A program made the position numbers and the translations under genes. From Chloroflexota bacterium (GTDB lineage Bacteria; Chloroflexota; UBA11872), in NCBI GenBank assembly GCA_026707285.1, contig JAPOXD010000034.1:3807-67806 (forward strand): a stretch of 64,000 nt of DNA, written 5' to 3'. Positions 1 through 8,953 of this stretch are shown in pieces. The notes beneath the pieces were generated by a model, which made no database searches, was not told the origin of the DNA, and saw only the letters and a program-made list of their open reading frames with translations. Positions within the stretch are counted from its first letter, which is position 1, and every line of letters starts with the position of its first letter.

Positions 1-222
1 GTCGACGGGCTGCGGTTCGCCGACGGGGTGCGAGATTGCGTCGACGCCGCCGCGATGTATTTCTGGCTCAGCGGAAAGATCGACGAGTTTCACTACCTGG
101 GCGGTCAGTCGTGGCCCGCGGACATCCTGCTGACCAAGCCCACGCCCGACTCCGACGAACGCGCCCACTACCGCCGTCGCTTCGGCGTGCCAGGCGACAT
201 CACCGATCGAAGGTCGAGGTAA
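1..222 (+). CDS. PhyH-family (phytanoyl-CoA dioxygenase-like) Fe(II)/2OG dioxygenase, 3' fragment (gene begins upstream of window)
   Basis: Frame 1 is open from nt 1. The C-terminus (MRDCVDAAAMYFWLSGKIDEFHYLGGQSWP...RRRFGVPGDITDR) closely resembles the C-terminus of the 690..1598 paralog. Confidence 0.6.
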   Translation, partial: VDGLRFADGVRDCVDAAAMYFWLSGKIDEFHYLGGQSWPADILLTKPTPDSDERAHYRRRFGVPGDITDRRSR

Positions 223-324
223 CTGCAGCGCCTCCGATGAGGTAATCGGCGACCGCCGCCGCGCACCACCGCGAGCTAGGATGGGAGGCGCGAGCGCCAC
301 GGCGCGAACGGCGGAGGTCTGCTG

Positions 325-693
325 ATGAAAGACCTGCGGCAGATGGTTCGGCAGTGCATCGACGAGCTGCGCGAGGGGCGGCTGACCGAAGAGCGCCTGC
401 GCGAGCTGGAGGACGCCGTCGGCGCCGAGAAGCCGCGGCGCTGGGACCTGCTCTATCTCCAGGCGGCCAAGACGTCGGAAGTGTCCGACGTGGTCGGCAT
501 GCGGATGATCCGCGACGGCGAAGTGGTCTATCCGCTGCCGCCGCCCGAGGACTGGCCCTATAAGACGGTCCTCGAGGCCATCAACGACGGCTGGCGGGTG
601 GTGAAGTTTCCCGAGCTATCGCTGCTGATGGACGAGGGCCGCACCTATGGCCTCTCCTGCGAGTTCATCCTGGAACGGAGGGCCACCGCATGA
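325..693 (+). CDS. hypothetical protein (122 aa), translationally coupled to the downstream dioxygenase
   Basis: GGAGG lies 8 nt upstream of the ATG. Composition is protein-like. Its stop overlaps the next ATG as ATGA at 690-693. Confidence 0.5.
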   Translation: MKDLRQMVRQCIDELREGRLTEERLRELEDAVGAEKPRRWDLLYLQAAKTSEVSDVVGMRMIRDGEVVYPLPPPEDWPYKTVLEAINDGWRVVKFPELSLLMDEGRTYGLSCEFILERRATA

Positions 694-1598
694 CGCTGAC
701 CAAGCGCACCTATTCCTGCGCGCCCACCCTGACCGACGACGATGTGATCTGGTTCTGCCGCAACGGCTACTGGATCCTCGAAGGGGTGGTGCCGGACGAG
801 ATCAACCGGCGGGCGATGGACTACCTGGACGCCCATCCGATCTCGGAGCCATCCGAGATCTTGGAAGAGGATTGGTTCGTCGAGAACGTGATCTGCAATC
901 CGGCGGCGGCCGGGGCGGTGCGCTCGCTGCTCGGCGACAACTTCACGCTGCCGGTGCTGATGTCGAATCACCGCGGCACCGCTCCGCGGCATCCGCAGGA
1001 CTGGCACCGCGACGGCGGCTCGCGCTATGGCCCGGAGGTGAATTACCTCCAGGTCTTCTACTACCCGCAAGACGTGCCGCCGGAAATGGGACCCACCGAG
1101 CTGCTGCCGGGCTCGCACTTTCTCTACCAGCGCGAGAAGCACATGGCGCACTACGACGCGATCAAGGGCAGCGTGCTGACGGCGGCGCCGGCGGGCTCGA
1201 TTTTCCTCACGTCGTACAACATCTGGCACCGGCGCGGCGCGCGCACGGCGCCGACCGGGATTCGCAACCTGCTCAAGTACAACTACTGGCGCACGGAGGA
1301 CCCCAAGCGCGACTGGATCCAGGAGCCGGGCTTCGACATCGAGTTCGCCGACTTCGTGGTGGACACTTTGCGCCACTCGGAGCTGATGCGCGACTGCGTT
1401 GACGCCGCCGAGATGTACTTCTGGCTCTGCGGCCGGTCGGACGAGTTCCAATACCTGGGCGGCCAGGGCTGGCCGGGCGACATTCCCGAGAACAAGGCCA
1501 CGCCCGAGGCCATCGAGCGCACGCGCTACCGCCACCGCTACGGGGTGCCGGGCGACATGACCGATCGAGGCAACCGGCGCGCGGCGCGCATCTGGTGA
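690..1598 (+). CDS. PhyH-family Fe(II)/2-oxoglutarate dioxygenase
   Basis: 302 aa with a PhyH-like fold signature (H-x-D...H region, WHRDGG, GSHF). It is a paralog of the genes at 1600, 15711 and 17027. Confidence 0.8.
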   Translation: MTLTKRTYSCAPTLTDDDVIWFCRNGYWILEGVVPDEINRRAMDYLDAHPISEPSEILEEDWFVENVICNPAAAGAVRSLLGDNFTLPVLMSNHRGTAPRHPQDWHRDGGSRYGPEVNYLQVFYYPQDVPPEMGPTELLPGSHFLYQREKHMAHYDAIKGSVLTAAPAGSIFLTSYNIWHRRGARTAPTGIRNLLKYNYWRTEDPKRDWIQEPGFDIEFADFVVDTLRHSELMRDCVDAAEMYFWLCGRSDEFQYLGGQGWPGDIPENKATPEAIERTRYRHRYGVPGDMTDRGNRRAARIW

Positions 1599-1599
1599 C

Positions 1600-2451
1600 A
1601 TGACCTGGGACATCGAGCGGCACGCGGCCGAGCTCGAGCGCGATGGCTACACGATCCTGGAGCGCGTGCTGCCGCAGGACGAGATTGACGCCTCGGTCGC
1701 GGCGATCGAGGAGACGCTGGCCTCGGAGGAGACCATCGGGCGCAAATACGGCCTCCAGAGCGCCAACCTGCGGATGGTGTTCAACGCGCAGGCCAAGCAC
1801 CGGCACTTCCACGGCCTGCCGCTGCGCTACCCGGCCCCGATTGAGGTGGCGCGGCGGGTGCTGGGCGAGGACATGTTCGCCCACGACGTCACCATCCGCG
1901 TGCCCATGCCGACCGGGGAGAAGGACCACAAACGCTTCGGCGGCAACCTGCACGCCGACTGGAGCGACTTCACGGTCAAGCCGTTCGTGGGCGGGCGGCA
2001 CTACCCGCTGGGTATCCAGGCGGCCTGGGCGCTCACGGAGTTTTCAACGACCACCGGCGGGCCGGTGGTCTGGCCGGGGTCGCACCTCTCCACGGAGATT
2101 CCGCCCGAGGACTCGGTCTCGCTGCCGCCCGGATGGAAGATTGCCGAGGCGCCGGCGGGATCGGTGCTGATGTGGGACGCCAGCCTGTGGCACACCGGCG
2201 GCACCAACCGCGGCGACGGCCCGCGTTACTCGCTGATCCTGTTCTTCCAACGCTGGTGGGTGAAGGGCTTCAACGATTCCTATCGCTACATGCCGCCGGA
2301 GATGCGCGCCCAGATGTCGCTGGATGAGCGGAAGCTCTGGGGACAGGAGGCCGGGGTCCCGCCGAACACGCATTTCCGCGGCATGAGCCAGGAGCAGATC
2401 GAGGCCCTGACGCCGGAGGAACAGGCCGTTCTGAACATCGCGGCGTATTAG
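1600..2451 (+). CDS. PhyH-family Fe(II)/2-oxoglutarate dioxygenase
   Basis: 283 aa. It starts 1 nt after the previous stop (TGAcATG). Contains PhyH-like motifs (HADW, GSH, WH.GG.N). Confidence 0.8.
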   Translation: MTWDIERHAAELERDGYTILERVLPQDEIDASVAAIEETLASEETIGRKYGLQSANLRMVFNAQAKHRHFHGLPLRYPAPIEVARRVLGEDMFAHDVTIRVPMPTGEKDHKRFGGNLHADWSDFTVKPFVGGRHYPLGIQAAWALTEFSTTTGGPVVWPGSHLSTEIPPEDSVSLPPGWKIAEAPAGSVLMWDASLWHTGGTNRGDGPRYSLILFFQRWWVKGFNDSYRYMPPEMRAQMSLDERKLWGQEAGVPPNTHFRGMSQEQIEALTPEEQAVLNIAAY

Positions 2452-2477
2452 GACGGGCCGCGGCGGGGACAGGAATT

Positions 2478-2559
2478 GTCATTCCGAACGCAGTGAGGAA
2501 TCTAAGGACGTTGTGCCTGCTTTCTGCCCCTTAGATTCCTCGCCGAGCCTCGGAATGAC
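2478..2559. repeat. REP-like palindromic element (inverted arms GTCATTCCGAACGCAGTGAGGAATCTAAGG / CCTTAGATTCCTCGCCGAGCCTCGGAATGAC)
   Basis: Two 30-nt inverted arms sit in the intergenic gap after the dioxygenase. They carry the GGAATGAC / GTCATTCC terminal motif seen at other spacers. Confidence 0.5.
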
Positions 2560-2662
2560 GCAATCTGGGCACGGAAAAAGCTCTGCGCCGCCCCCGCGTT
2601 GACGCTGGCACTTCGCCGCGCATAGCATCGACCCGCAGCGCCAGCCCCCCGAGGGAGCCGCC

Positions 2663-3352
2663 ATGTCGGTATCCGGGCCGCTCGACGAAGCCACCTTTTC
2701 CGCGCTGAAGGCCGCCGACAGCCCCACGGTGTCGAACGCCATCGAAGAGCTGGGGGTACGCGATCACCGGGTCGGGTTCGCCGGGTCGACCGTGCGCTGC
2801 ATATACCCGGAGCTCGGCGTCACGCTGGGCTATGCCGTCACGGCGCAAATTGACACCACGGGACCCGGTCCGATCGAGGTGGGCCGCGGCATGCGCGAGT
2901 TTGCCGAGCTTTTGGCCGCCGCCCCCAAGCCCGCGATTGTCGTCGTGCAAGATGTCGGTCCGCATAAGGCGCGCGCGGCGATGTTCGGCGACTACGCCGC
3001 CACGCTTTACCGCGCGCTGGGCGCGGTGGCCTTCGTCACCGACGGCGCCATTCGCGACATTGACCAAATGCGCGAGATGCGCTTTCCGTGCTTCGCGGCG
3101 GGCGCGTCGGTTTCCCACGGCAACCCGCGGCGCATCACCATGGACATCCCAATCGAGATCGACGGCATGGTGGTCGAGCCGGGCGACCTGATCCACGGCG
3201 ACGTGAACGGCCTGCTCAACGTGCCGCTGGCGGCTACGGCGGACCTGCCCGCCCAGATCGAGCACGTGCGCGTCACGGAGCGGGCGGCCATGGACGCGCT
3301 GATCGGGCCGAACGCGTCGGTGGACGAGGCGCTCTCCAAGATGGGGCACTGA
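2663..3352 (+). CDS. RraA-family protein (RraA / 4-hydroxy-4-methyl-2-oxoglutarate aldolase-like)
   Basis: 229 aa. SPTVSNAIEELG...GDYAATLYRALGAVAFVTDGAIRD is typical of the RraA/MenG-like fold. Confidence 0.7.
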   Translation: MSVSGPLDEATFSALKAADSPTVSNAIEELGVRDHRVGFAGSTVRCIYPELGVTLGYAVTAQIDTTGPGPIEVGRGMREFAELLAAAPKPAIVVVQDVGPHKARAAMFGDYAATLYRALGAVAFVTDGAIRDIDQMREMRFPCFAAGASVSHGNPRRITMDIPIEIDGMVVEPGDLIHGDVNGLLNVPLAATADLPAQIEHVRVTERAAMDALIGPNASVDEALSKMGH

Positions 3353-3355
3353 GCG

Positions 3356-4240
3356 ATGGCGCTGAAATACTCCGTCGTGCTGGCGACGCTGGCGAGCAGT
3401 CCCGGTGGACAGGTGTGGGAGGACCCGGACACGGTGCTGGGCGCCGTGGCCGACGCGGGTTACGACGGCGTGGACCTGGACGCCGAGCCCGACCGCATCG
3501 ACGAGGCGCTGTTCTATGCCGTGGTCGACAAGGCGCGGGACCTGGGACTGCGGATTCCCTCGCTGCTCGGGGCCTGGGGCGGCTGGCACGCCGGCGAGGA
3601 GCGCGACCTGGCCTCGTCGGACGAGTCGAAGCGCCGCTACGCCGTCGACTACGCCAAGCGCTGCCTGGACCTGGGCGCGACGCTCGACGAGCCTCCAGTC
3701 TACGAGATTTGCGCGGTGTCGTTTGTGCCCGAGTATCCGGTGACCAGCAAGCCGCTGGCGGATTTGCGACGCCAGTTTGAGCAGTCGGCGCGCGAGATCG
3801 CGGCTCACGCCGAGTCCGTGGGCGTGCCGGTGGCCATCGAGCCCGTCAACCGCTTCGAGGGCTACGCCGGGTTCATGAACTCGGTCGTCGAGGCGGTCGC
3901 GGTCGTCGAGGCGGTGGGCTCGGATCACCTGGGCATCGTGGCCGACTTCTTCCATCTCAACATCGAGGACGGCCCGGTCACCGAAGCGCTGCGCACCGCG
4001 GGCAAACACCTCAGGCACATCCACCTGGCCGACAGCAACCGCCAGATGCCCGGGACGGGCCACCTCGACTTCAGCGACATCGTGCGCGTGCTCGACGCCA
4101 TTGGCTACGAGGGCTACCTCTCGATCGACTGCGTGCCGGCCAAGCCCGACTGGCGCACTGTGCTCACCTCCACGCGCGAGTTCATGGGCCAGATCGAGGC
4201 CGGCGTGGACCTGCAGCGGCGCCTGGCGAGCGTCGCATAG
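3356..4240 (+). CDS. sugar phosphate isomerase/epimerase (xylose-isomerase-like TIM barrel)
   Basis: 294 aa with an AP-endonuclease-2 / xylose isomerase-like TIM barrel signature (VAIEPVNRFE, HLADSNRQ.PG.GHLDF). Confidence 0.75.
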   Translation: MALKYSVVLATLASSPGGQVWEDPDTVLGAVADAGYDGVDLDAEPDRIDEALFYAVVDKARDLGLRIPSLLGAWGGWHAGEERDLASSDESKRRYAVDYAKRCLDLGATLDEPPVYEICAVSFVPEYPVTSKPLADLRRQFEQSAREIAAHAESVGVPVAIEPVNRFEGYAGFMNSVVEAVAVVEAVGSDHLGIVADFFHLNIEDGPVTEALRTAGKHLRHIHLADSNRQMPGTGHLDFSDIVRVLDAIGYEGYLSIDCVPAKPDWRTVLTSTREFMGQIEAGVDLQRRLASVA

Positions 4241-4266
4241 CCGCCCGAGCCGATCGAGCGCGAGCC

Positions 4267-5304
4267 GTGTCCTCCACCCCAACCAATGTTCAGGTAGTCC
4301 TGGCCCGCCGGCCGGTGGGCGTGCCGGAGGCTAACGACTTCGAGATCGTCGAGTCGCCGATTCCCCGGCCTTCGGCGGGCGAGGTGTTCGTGCGCACGAT
4401 CTATGTCTCAGTCGATCCCTACATGCGCGGGCGCCTGTGGAGGAAGCCGCTGCGCGGGCAGCCGATTGCCCTCGGCCAGCTGATGATCGGCGAGGGCGTG
4501 GGCGAGGTGGTCTTTTCCAGCGACCCGCGCCTGCGCGAGGGCGAGATCGTGCGCGGCGAGTTCGGTTGGCAGAAATACGCCGTTACGACGCTGGAACACC
4601 TGGAGATCATTGATCGCACCGCCGCCCCGCTCTCGACCGCGCTCGGCATCCTGGGCATGCCCGGCCTGACGGCCTACTACGGCATGCTCGAAGTGGCGCG
4701 GCCGCGCGCGGGCGACACCGTGGTGGTCACGGGGGCCGCCGGGGCCGTGGGCAGCGCCGCCGGCCAGATCGCCAAGCTGCAGGGCTGCCGCGTGGTGGGC
4801 ACCTGCGGCAGCGACGCCAAGTGCATGTACCTGGTCAACGAGTTGGGCTTCGACGCGGCGATCAACTACCGCACCCAGCCGCTGGACGACGCGCTCGCCA
4901 GCGCCTGTCCGGACGGCATCGACGTGATCTTCGAAAACGTCGGCGGCGAGGTGCTGGAGGCCCTGCTGCAGCGCATCAATCTCCACGCCCGCATCGCCCT
5001 CTGCGGCGCGATCTCGCAGTACCACTCCCAAGAGCTTGCGCCGGTGCCGCCGCACTCGCGGACCCTCCACAGCCGCCGGGCGCGCATGGAGGGATTCCTG
5101 GTCAATGATTTCGAGGACCGCGACCCCGAGGCCATGGCCGCACTCACCGAGTGGGTCACGACCGGCCAGCTCACCTACCGCGAAAACATCGTGGCCGGGA
5201 TCGAGAACGCCCCCGCGGCGTTCGTGGGGCTGTTCACCGGCGAAAACACCGGCAAGCAGCTCGTGCGGGTGAGCTCGGAAGAGGTATCGGTCCGCGAGCC
5301 GTAG
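4267..5304 (+). CDS. NADP-dependent oxidoreductase, MDR superfamily (YncB/prostaglandin-reductase-like)
   Basis: 345 aa with GTG start. Has the Rossmann motif GAAGAVGS and the MDR N-terminal domain pattern. Confidence 0.8.
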   Translation: MSSTPTNVQVVLARRPVGVPEANDFEIVESPIPRPSAGEVFVRTIYVSVDPYMRGRLWRKPLRGQPIALGQLMIGEGVGEVVFSSDPRLREGEIVRGEFGWQKYAVTTLEHLEIIDRTAAPLSTALGILGMPGLTAYYGMLEVARPRAGDTVVVTGAAGAVGSAAGQIAKLQGCRVVGTCGSDAKCMYLVNELGFDAAINYRTQPLDDALASACPDGIDVIFENVGGEVLEALLQRINLHARIALCGAISQYHSQELAPVPPHSRTLHSRRARMEGFLVNDFEDRDPEAMAALTEWVTTGQLTYRENIVAGIENAPAAFVGLFTGENTGKQLVRVSSEEVSVREP

Positions 5305-5460
5305 TGAGCGGGCGGTTTAGGAGCGGCTAGTCCGAGTCCACGCGCGCGGCCAACTCGCCGCCCGCCGCGCTAACCTCACTGAGCCGCTCTCACGTGTCTT
5401 TCTACAAAGAGTTGGGCTGTGGAGCGTGGCAATTTCGCGTGAGCTTGGAAAGAGGAAGGC

Positions 5461-6420
5461 ATGGGACTGCCGCCGCCGGATCGAGGCGTGCGACTGGATT
5501 GGGCGGACATGCCCACGCGCGTCCGCGGCGAAATTGAACGGTGGATGGGTGGTGCGGTCGTCGGCGCAGTTACGCAGCCCACCGGCTTTACACCTGGGGT
5601 GGCGGCGCGGGTGACTGTGGACGACGGCCGCCGATTCTTTGTCAAGGCGGCCGGTCCCGAGCCCAACACTGCTACGCCCAAGGCGCACAGGAGCGAGATC
5701 AACATAGTGACCGCCCTGCCTCGTGCGGCACCCGTCCCGCGGCTGCTGTGGTCCCACGACGAGGGACAGGGCGGCTGGGTCGTGCTGGCGTTCGAGGACG
5801 TGGACGGCCGTCACCCGAGGCAGCCGTGGCGGCTTGACGAGTTGGACCGTGTGGTCGCAGCTATGGAGGAACTCAGCTCCCAGCTGACGCCATCGCCGCT
5901 GCCGGCCGCCGTGATCGGGACGGCAGTCGACGACTTCTCCCGGGGGTGGCGGCGACTCCATGAGGAGCGCCCATCCCGGATAGACCGCGTGGATGAGTGG
6001 TCGCGCCGTCACATCGAGGCGCTGGCAGCAATCGAGGACACTGTCGGGCCTGCGCTGGAGGGCGACACGCTCCTGAACCACGACATCCGCGCCGACAACA
6101 TCCTGCTCACGCGCGACCGTGTCTGGTTCGTTGACTGGCCCCATGCCTTTGTCGGTCCTCCGTGGTTGGACGCCGTCGGCTTTGCGCCCAGTGTGACGAT
6201 GCAGGGTGGCCCTCCTCCCGAGGAGGTGATCTCCCGGCACTCTGCATGTCGGAACGCCGATCATGACGCCATTACAGCGGCGGTTGTGGCGCTGGCCGGA
6301 TTCTTTACCCACCGGGCCGTGCAGCCTCCACCGCCCGGCCTGCCCACGGTGCGCGCATTCCAGGATGCGCAGGGCACGATTGCGCGCGAATGGGTCGCCC
6401 AACGCACCGGACTGGCTTGA
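5461..6420 (+). CDS. aminoglycoside-phosphotransferase-like (APH family) kinase
   Basis: 319 aa. Has the kinase catalytic loop HDIRADNILL and a downstream DW motif. GGAAG RBS precedes the ATG. Confidence 0.65.
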   Translation: MGLPPPDRGVRLDWADMPTRVRGEIERWMGGAVVGAVTQPTGFTPGVAARVTVDDGRRFFVKAAGPEPNTATPKAHRSEINIVTALPRAAPVPRLLWSHDEGQGGWVVLAFEDVDGRHPRQPWRLDELDRVVAAMEELSSQLTPSPLPAAVIGTAVDDFSRGWRRLHEERPSRIDRVDEWSRRHIEALAAIEDTVGPALEGDTLLNHDIRADNILLTRDRVWFVDWPHAFVGPPWLDAVGFAPSVTMQGGPPPEEVISRHSACRNADHDAITAAVVALAGFFTHRAVQPPPPGLPTVRAFQDAQGTIAREWVAQRTGLA

Positions 6421-6487
6421 TCCGCAGCGCCGCATAGCAACCCAGCACCGGCGAGAGCCCTCGATTCGTCGGTTGACTTACGGGGAT

Positions 6488-6516
6488 GGATTCCCGCCTT
6501 CGCGGGAATGACGGAC
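6488..6516. repeat. REP-like hairpin GGATTCCCGCcttcGCGGGAATGACGG
   Basis: Perfect 8-bp stem ATTCCCGC/GCGGGAAT in an intergenic spacer between convergent genes. Shares the GGAATGAC family motif. Confidence 0.4.
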
Positions 6517-6565
6517 CCAAAGTGGCCCCCTGCCGCCAACGGCGGAGGTCAGATGGCCGAACGGC

Positions 6566-7219
6566 TCAGCCGGACTTGCCCGAATCCACCCGCGCGGCGA
6601 GCTCGTTCCAGGCGGATTCGACTCTTGCCACGGCGCTGAGGGTGGCGTAGGTGTCGGGCCACATGGCGTCCACGATGGCCTTGGCGCCGGCGTCGTCACC
6701 GGTTGCCGTCAGCTGCTCGATCTCGGCGGTGTGTGCGGCGTGACGGGCGGCGGTGTTGCGTGCGAGCCGGGCCAACTCGCGCGACGCTCGGAAATGCGCG
6801 AGGGCGAGGTCGGCCGTGGAGACCCCCGCGGACGGATCGTGCTCGGCGCGCTCTTCGCTGGTGGAGTGACCGTACTTGGGCGGCAGGCGGGAGCCGTCCT
6901 CGGCGTACATCGTGTGCGTCGGCTCGACGTGCGGCGTCACCGAGAGATACATGATGACGGGCTCGTCGCCGACGACGCGCACCTGGTGCAGCTCGTCGCG
7001 ACCCGCGAAGCACAGCTCGCCCGGACCCAGGACCGCGGTCTCACCCTCGATCTCGAACTCGGCGCGGCCCTGCATGATCAGGAAGACCTCGGCGCCCAGG
7101 TCGTGGCTGTGGCGCGTGGCCACGTCGCCCGGCTCGAACCGCAGAAAGCGCGCGCGGATCTCGGGCGTGATGACGACGTTCTTGATATCGCGGCGATAGT
7201 CGAAGACTTGCAGCGGCAT
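6566..7219 (-). CDS. cupin domain protein
   Basis: 217 aa starting at MPLQVF with a GGAAGGAG RBS. Has a two-His cupin motif region (RHSHD...GPGEL...H). The 650-aa ORF in the track is an artefactual upstream extension through the neighbouring gene. Confidence 0.7.
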   Translation of the reverse strand: MPLQVFDYRRDIKNVVITPEIRARFLRFEPGDVATRHSHDLGAEVFLIMQGRAEFEIEGETAVLGPGELCFAGRDELHQVRVVGDEPVIMYLSVTPHVEPTHTMYAEDGSRLPPKYGHSTSEERAEHDPSAGVSTADLALAHFRASRELARLARNTAARHAAHTAEIEQLTATGDDAGAKAIVDAMWPDTYATLSAVARVESAWNELAARVDSGKSG

Positions 7220-7221
7220 GG

Positions 7222-8313
7222 CTAGGCGGCTCCTTCCAGGTTCGCCAGCACGATATCCCGTACCAGCGTCACGTGCTCGACGGCCTCGCGGCCCGGCGTG
7301 AGCGGCTGCTCGCCGCGTCTGATGCACGCCGCGAAGTGCTCCAGCTCGAGCTTGAACGGGTTGGCCTGCCATGAGCGGGCGGTCGTGGCGGGATGGCCCT
7401 CGGCGTCGATCCACTGCACGGTGACGTCGCTCGGCACGCCGCGGCTCCAGCCCGTGGGGAACGACGCGATGACGCGATCGCGCGAGCCATAGACCGCGAG
7501 CGTTTCCTCGAAGCTGAACAGCTCCGGCAGGTCGATCCAGTTGCACACGGCCCGCGCGCCGTCGGGGTACTCCAGCACGGTGGAAAGGGCGACGCCGCCG
7601 GACCAGATGTCGGTGCTCACCACGCGGCTCGGGCTGCCGAACATGCCGTGCAGATTGCCGATGTCGTGGATCATGCTGCCGTTGATGGCCCCGAAGGCGC
7701 TGAGCGTGGCGGCGTCGACCCGGTCGCGGCCCAGCGCCTCGGCGACGAGCCGGTCCGACTCGGCGCGCCCGGCCTCGATCACGTCGGCGGGCAGGTCGGA
7801 CGGCACGTGGTAGTCGAACGTCGCCAGGTGCAGCGCGTTGTCGGGGTGCAGGTGGTTGACCTGGATGAAGCGCACGTCGTCGATTGCCGCCACCCGCCGC
7901 TGCGCGAATTGGTAGGCCGGGTCGTAGCGCTTCATGTAGGCCGCCTGGTAGACGACGCCGGCGCGGTCCGCGGCGTCGGCCATGGCCTCCGCCTCGGCGA
8001 CCGTGTAGCACACGGGCTTCTCGACCAGGATGTGCTTGCCAGCCTCGGCGGCCGCGATGGCCGGAGGCGCATGCGAGCCGGTGGTGCAGACGATGACCGC
8101 GTCGATGTCCGCCCGCTCGACCAGCTCGCGGTAGTCCACGTGCCGCCGCTCCCGCGGCACGCCGTAGGCGTCGCCGACGTGGTCCAGCAGCTCGCGCGAG
8201 AGGTCGCACAGGCCAGCAATCTCGAACTCGTCCCGCAGCTCCACCAGGTGCGGCAAGTGCTGGATCTGGGCAATGCCCCCACAGCCGATGACGCCGATCC
8301 GAATTCTGCTCAC
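7222..8313 (-). CDS. Gfo/Idh/MocA family oxidoreductase
   Basis: 363 aa. N-terminal Rossmann fold IRIGVIGCGGIA and the EKP motif (LVEKPV). Confidence 0.85.
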   Translation of the reverse strand: MSRIRIGVIGCGGIAQIQHLPHLVELRDEFEIAGLCDLSRELLDHVGDAYGVPRERRHVDYRELVERADIDAVIVCTTGSHAPPAIAAAEAGKHILVEKPVCYTVAEAEAMADAADRAGVVYQAAYMKRYDPAYQFAQRRVAAIDDVRFIQVNHLHPDNALHLATFDYHVPSDLPADVIEAGRAESDRLVAEALGRDRVDAATLSAFGAINGSMIHDIGNLHGMFGSPSRVVSTDIWSGGVALSTVLEYPDGARAVCNWIDLPELFSFEETLAVYGSRDRVIASFPTGWSRGVPSDVTVQWIDAEGHPATTARSWQANPFKLELEHFAACIRRGEQPLTPGREAVEHVTLVRDIVLANLEGAA

Positions 8314-8526
8314 GGTCGGGGGTGCCCCTGGTCTTCGATTCGCACGCCGAGCCTACCGCCTGGTGCCGCCGGTGGAGACCTTTTCCCAAATGATCGACAT
8401 GCCATCCATGTCCAATCCTCGGATCACCCTCTCGCTGCCCCTCTTCCAGCGAAGACCATTGCGGAATCCAACAGGGCTTGGGGATGACCGGGCGCATCCT
8501 GTCCGCCCCCAGGTTCAATGAAGGGT

Positions 8527-8632
8527 GGATTCCCGCCCCGTATCGAGAATGGGGCAGGCTCTTCGCGGGAATGACGAAGGGTTATGCAAAGGTCTCCCTT
8601 CGAGGGGACAGGCTGCGCGGGAATGACGGACT
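8527..8632. repeat. tandem REP-like hairpins (ATTCCCGC...GCGGGAATGACGAAGG and ...CGCGGGAATGACGGA)
   Basis: Two copies of the CGCGGGAATGACG motif with nested hairpins in the 390-bp spacer upstream of the TA pair. Confidence 0.4.
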
Positions 8633-8701
8633 CAAGGTCGCCCTCTGTCCGCTGGACGGTCCCGCCTTACTTGCTATAGGATTTGCGTAAGGAGAAGGCT
8701 C

Positions 8702-8953
8702 ATGCTCGTGAAGATCACGTCCAAGCGCCAGGTCACCTTCCCCAAGCATGTGCTGGACGAACTGGGGGTGGGGCCCGGCGACCGGCTCGAGCTGCGTGAG
8801 GGTCCCGATGGCTACATCCTGAAGCCACGGCGCATCGACTATTCCAAGCTGGGAACGCTCAGGGACAAGATCAAGCCCGGCACTCCGCCGTTCGACATCC
8901 GCAAGTTCCGGGACGAACGGGAGCAAGGGCTTGGACCTGCGCCAGAGAGTTGA
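8702..8953 (+). CDS. AbrB/MazE/SpoVT-family antitoxin (type II TA antitoxin)
   Basis: 83 aa. The N-terminal swapped-hairpin DNA-binding motif is MLVKITSKRQVTFPKHVLDELGVGPGDRL. AAGGAGAAGG RBS precedes the ATG. Confidence 0.7.
   Translation: MLVKITSKRQVTFPKHVLDELGVGPGDRLELREGPDGYILKPRRIDYSKLGTLRDKIKPGTPPFDIRKFRDEREQGLGPAPES

Noticed and set aside
645-1613. 322-aa ORF on the minus strand, antisense to the PhyH dioxygenase
   Set aside because: It has the Arg/Ala/Pro-rich composition typical of antisense frames in high-GC DNA, and it fully overlaps a gene with recognisable motifs on the other strand.
2531-4282. 583-aa minus-strand ORF spanning the RraA and sugar isomerase genes
   Set aside because: Spurious antisense ORF. 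It is R/G/A-rich with no domain-like sequence, while the plus-strand genes have clear family signatures.
5317-6435. 372-aa minus-strand ORF opposite the APH-like kinase
   Set aside because: Antisense artefact. The kinase catalytic motif is on the plus strand.
6566-8518. 650-aa ORF on the minus strand in the ORF track
   Set aside because: Only the last 217 codons (6566..7219, cupin) are genuine. The upstream part runs through the Gfo/Idh/MocA gene in another frame and is Arg-rich nonsense.
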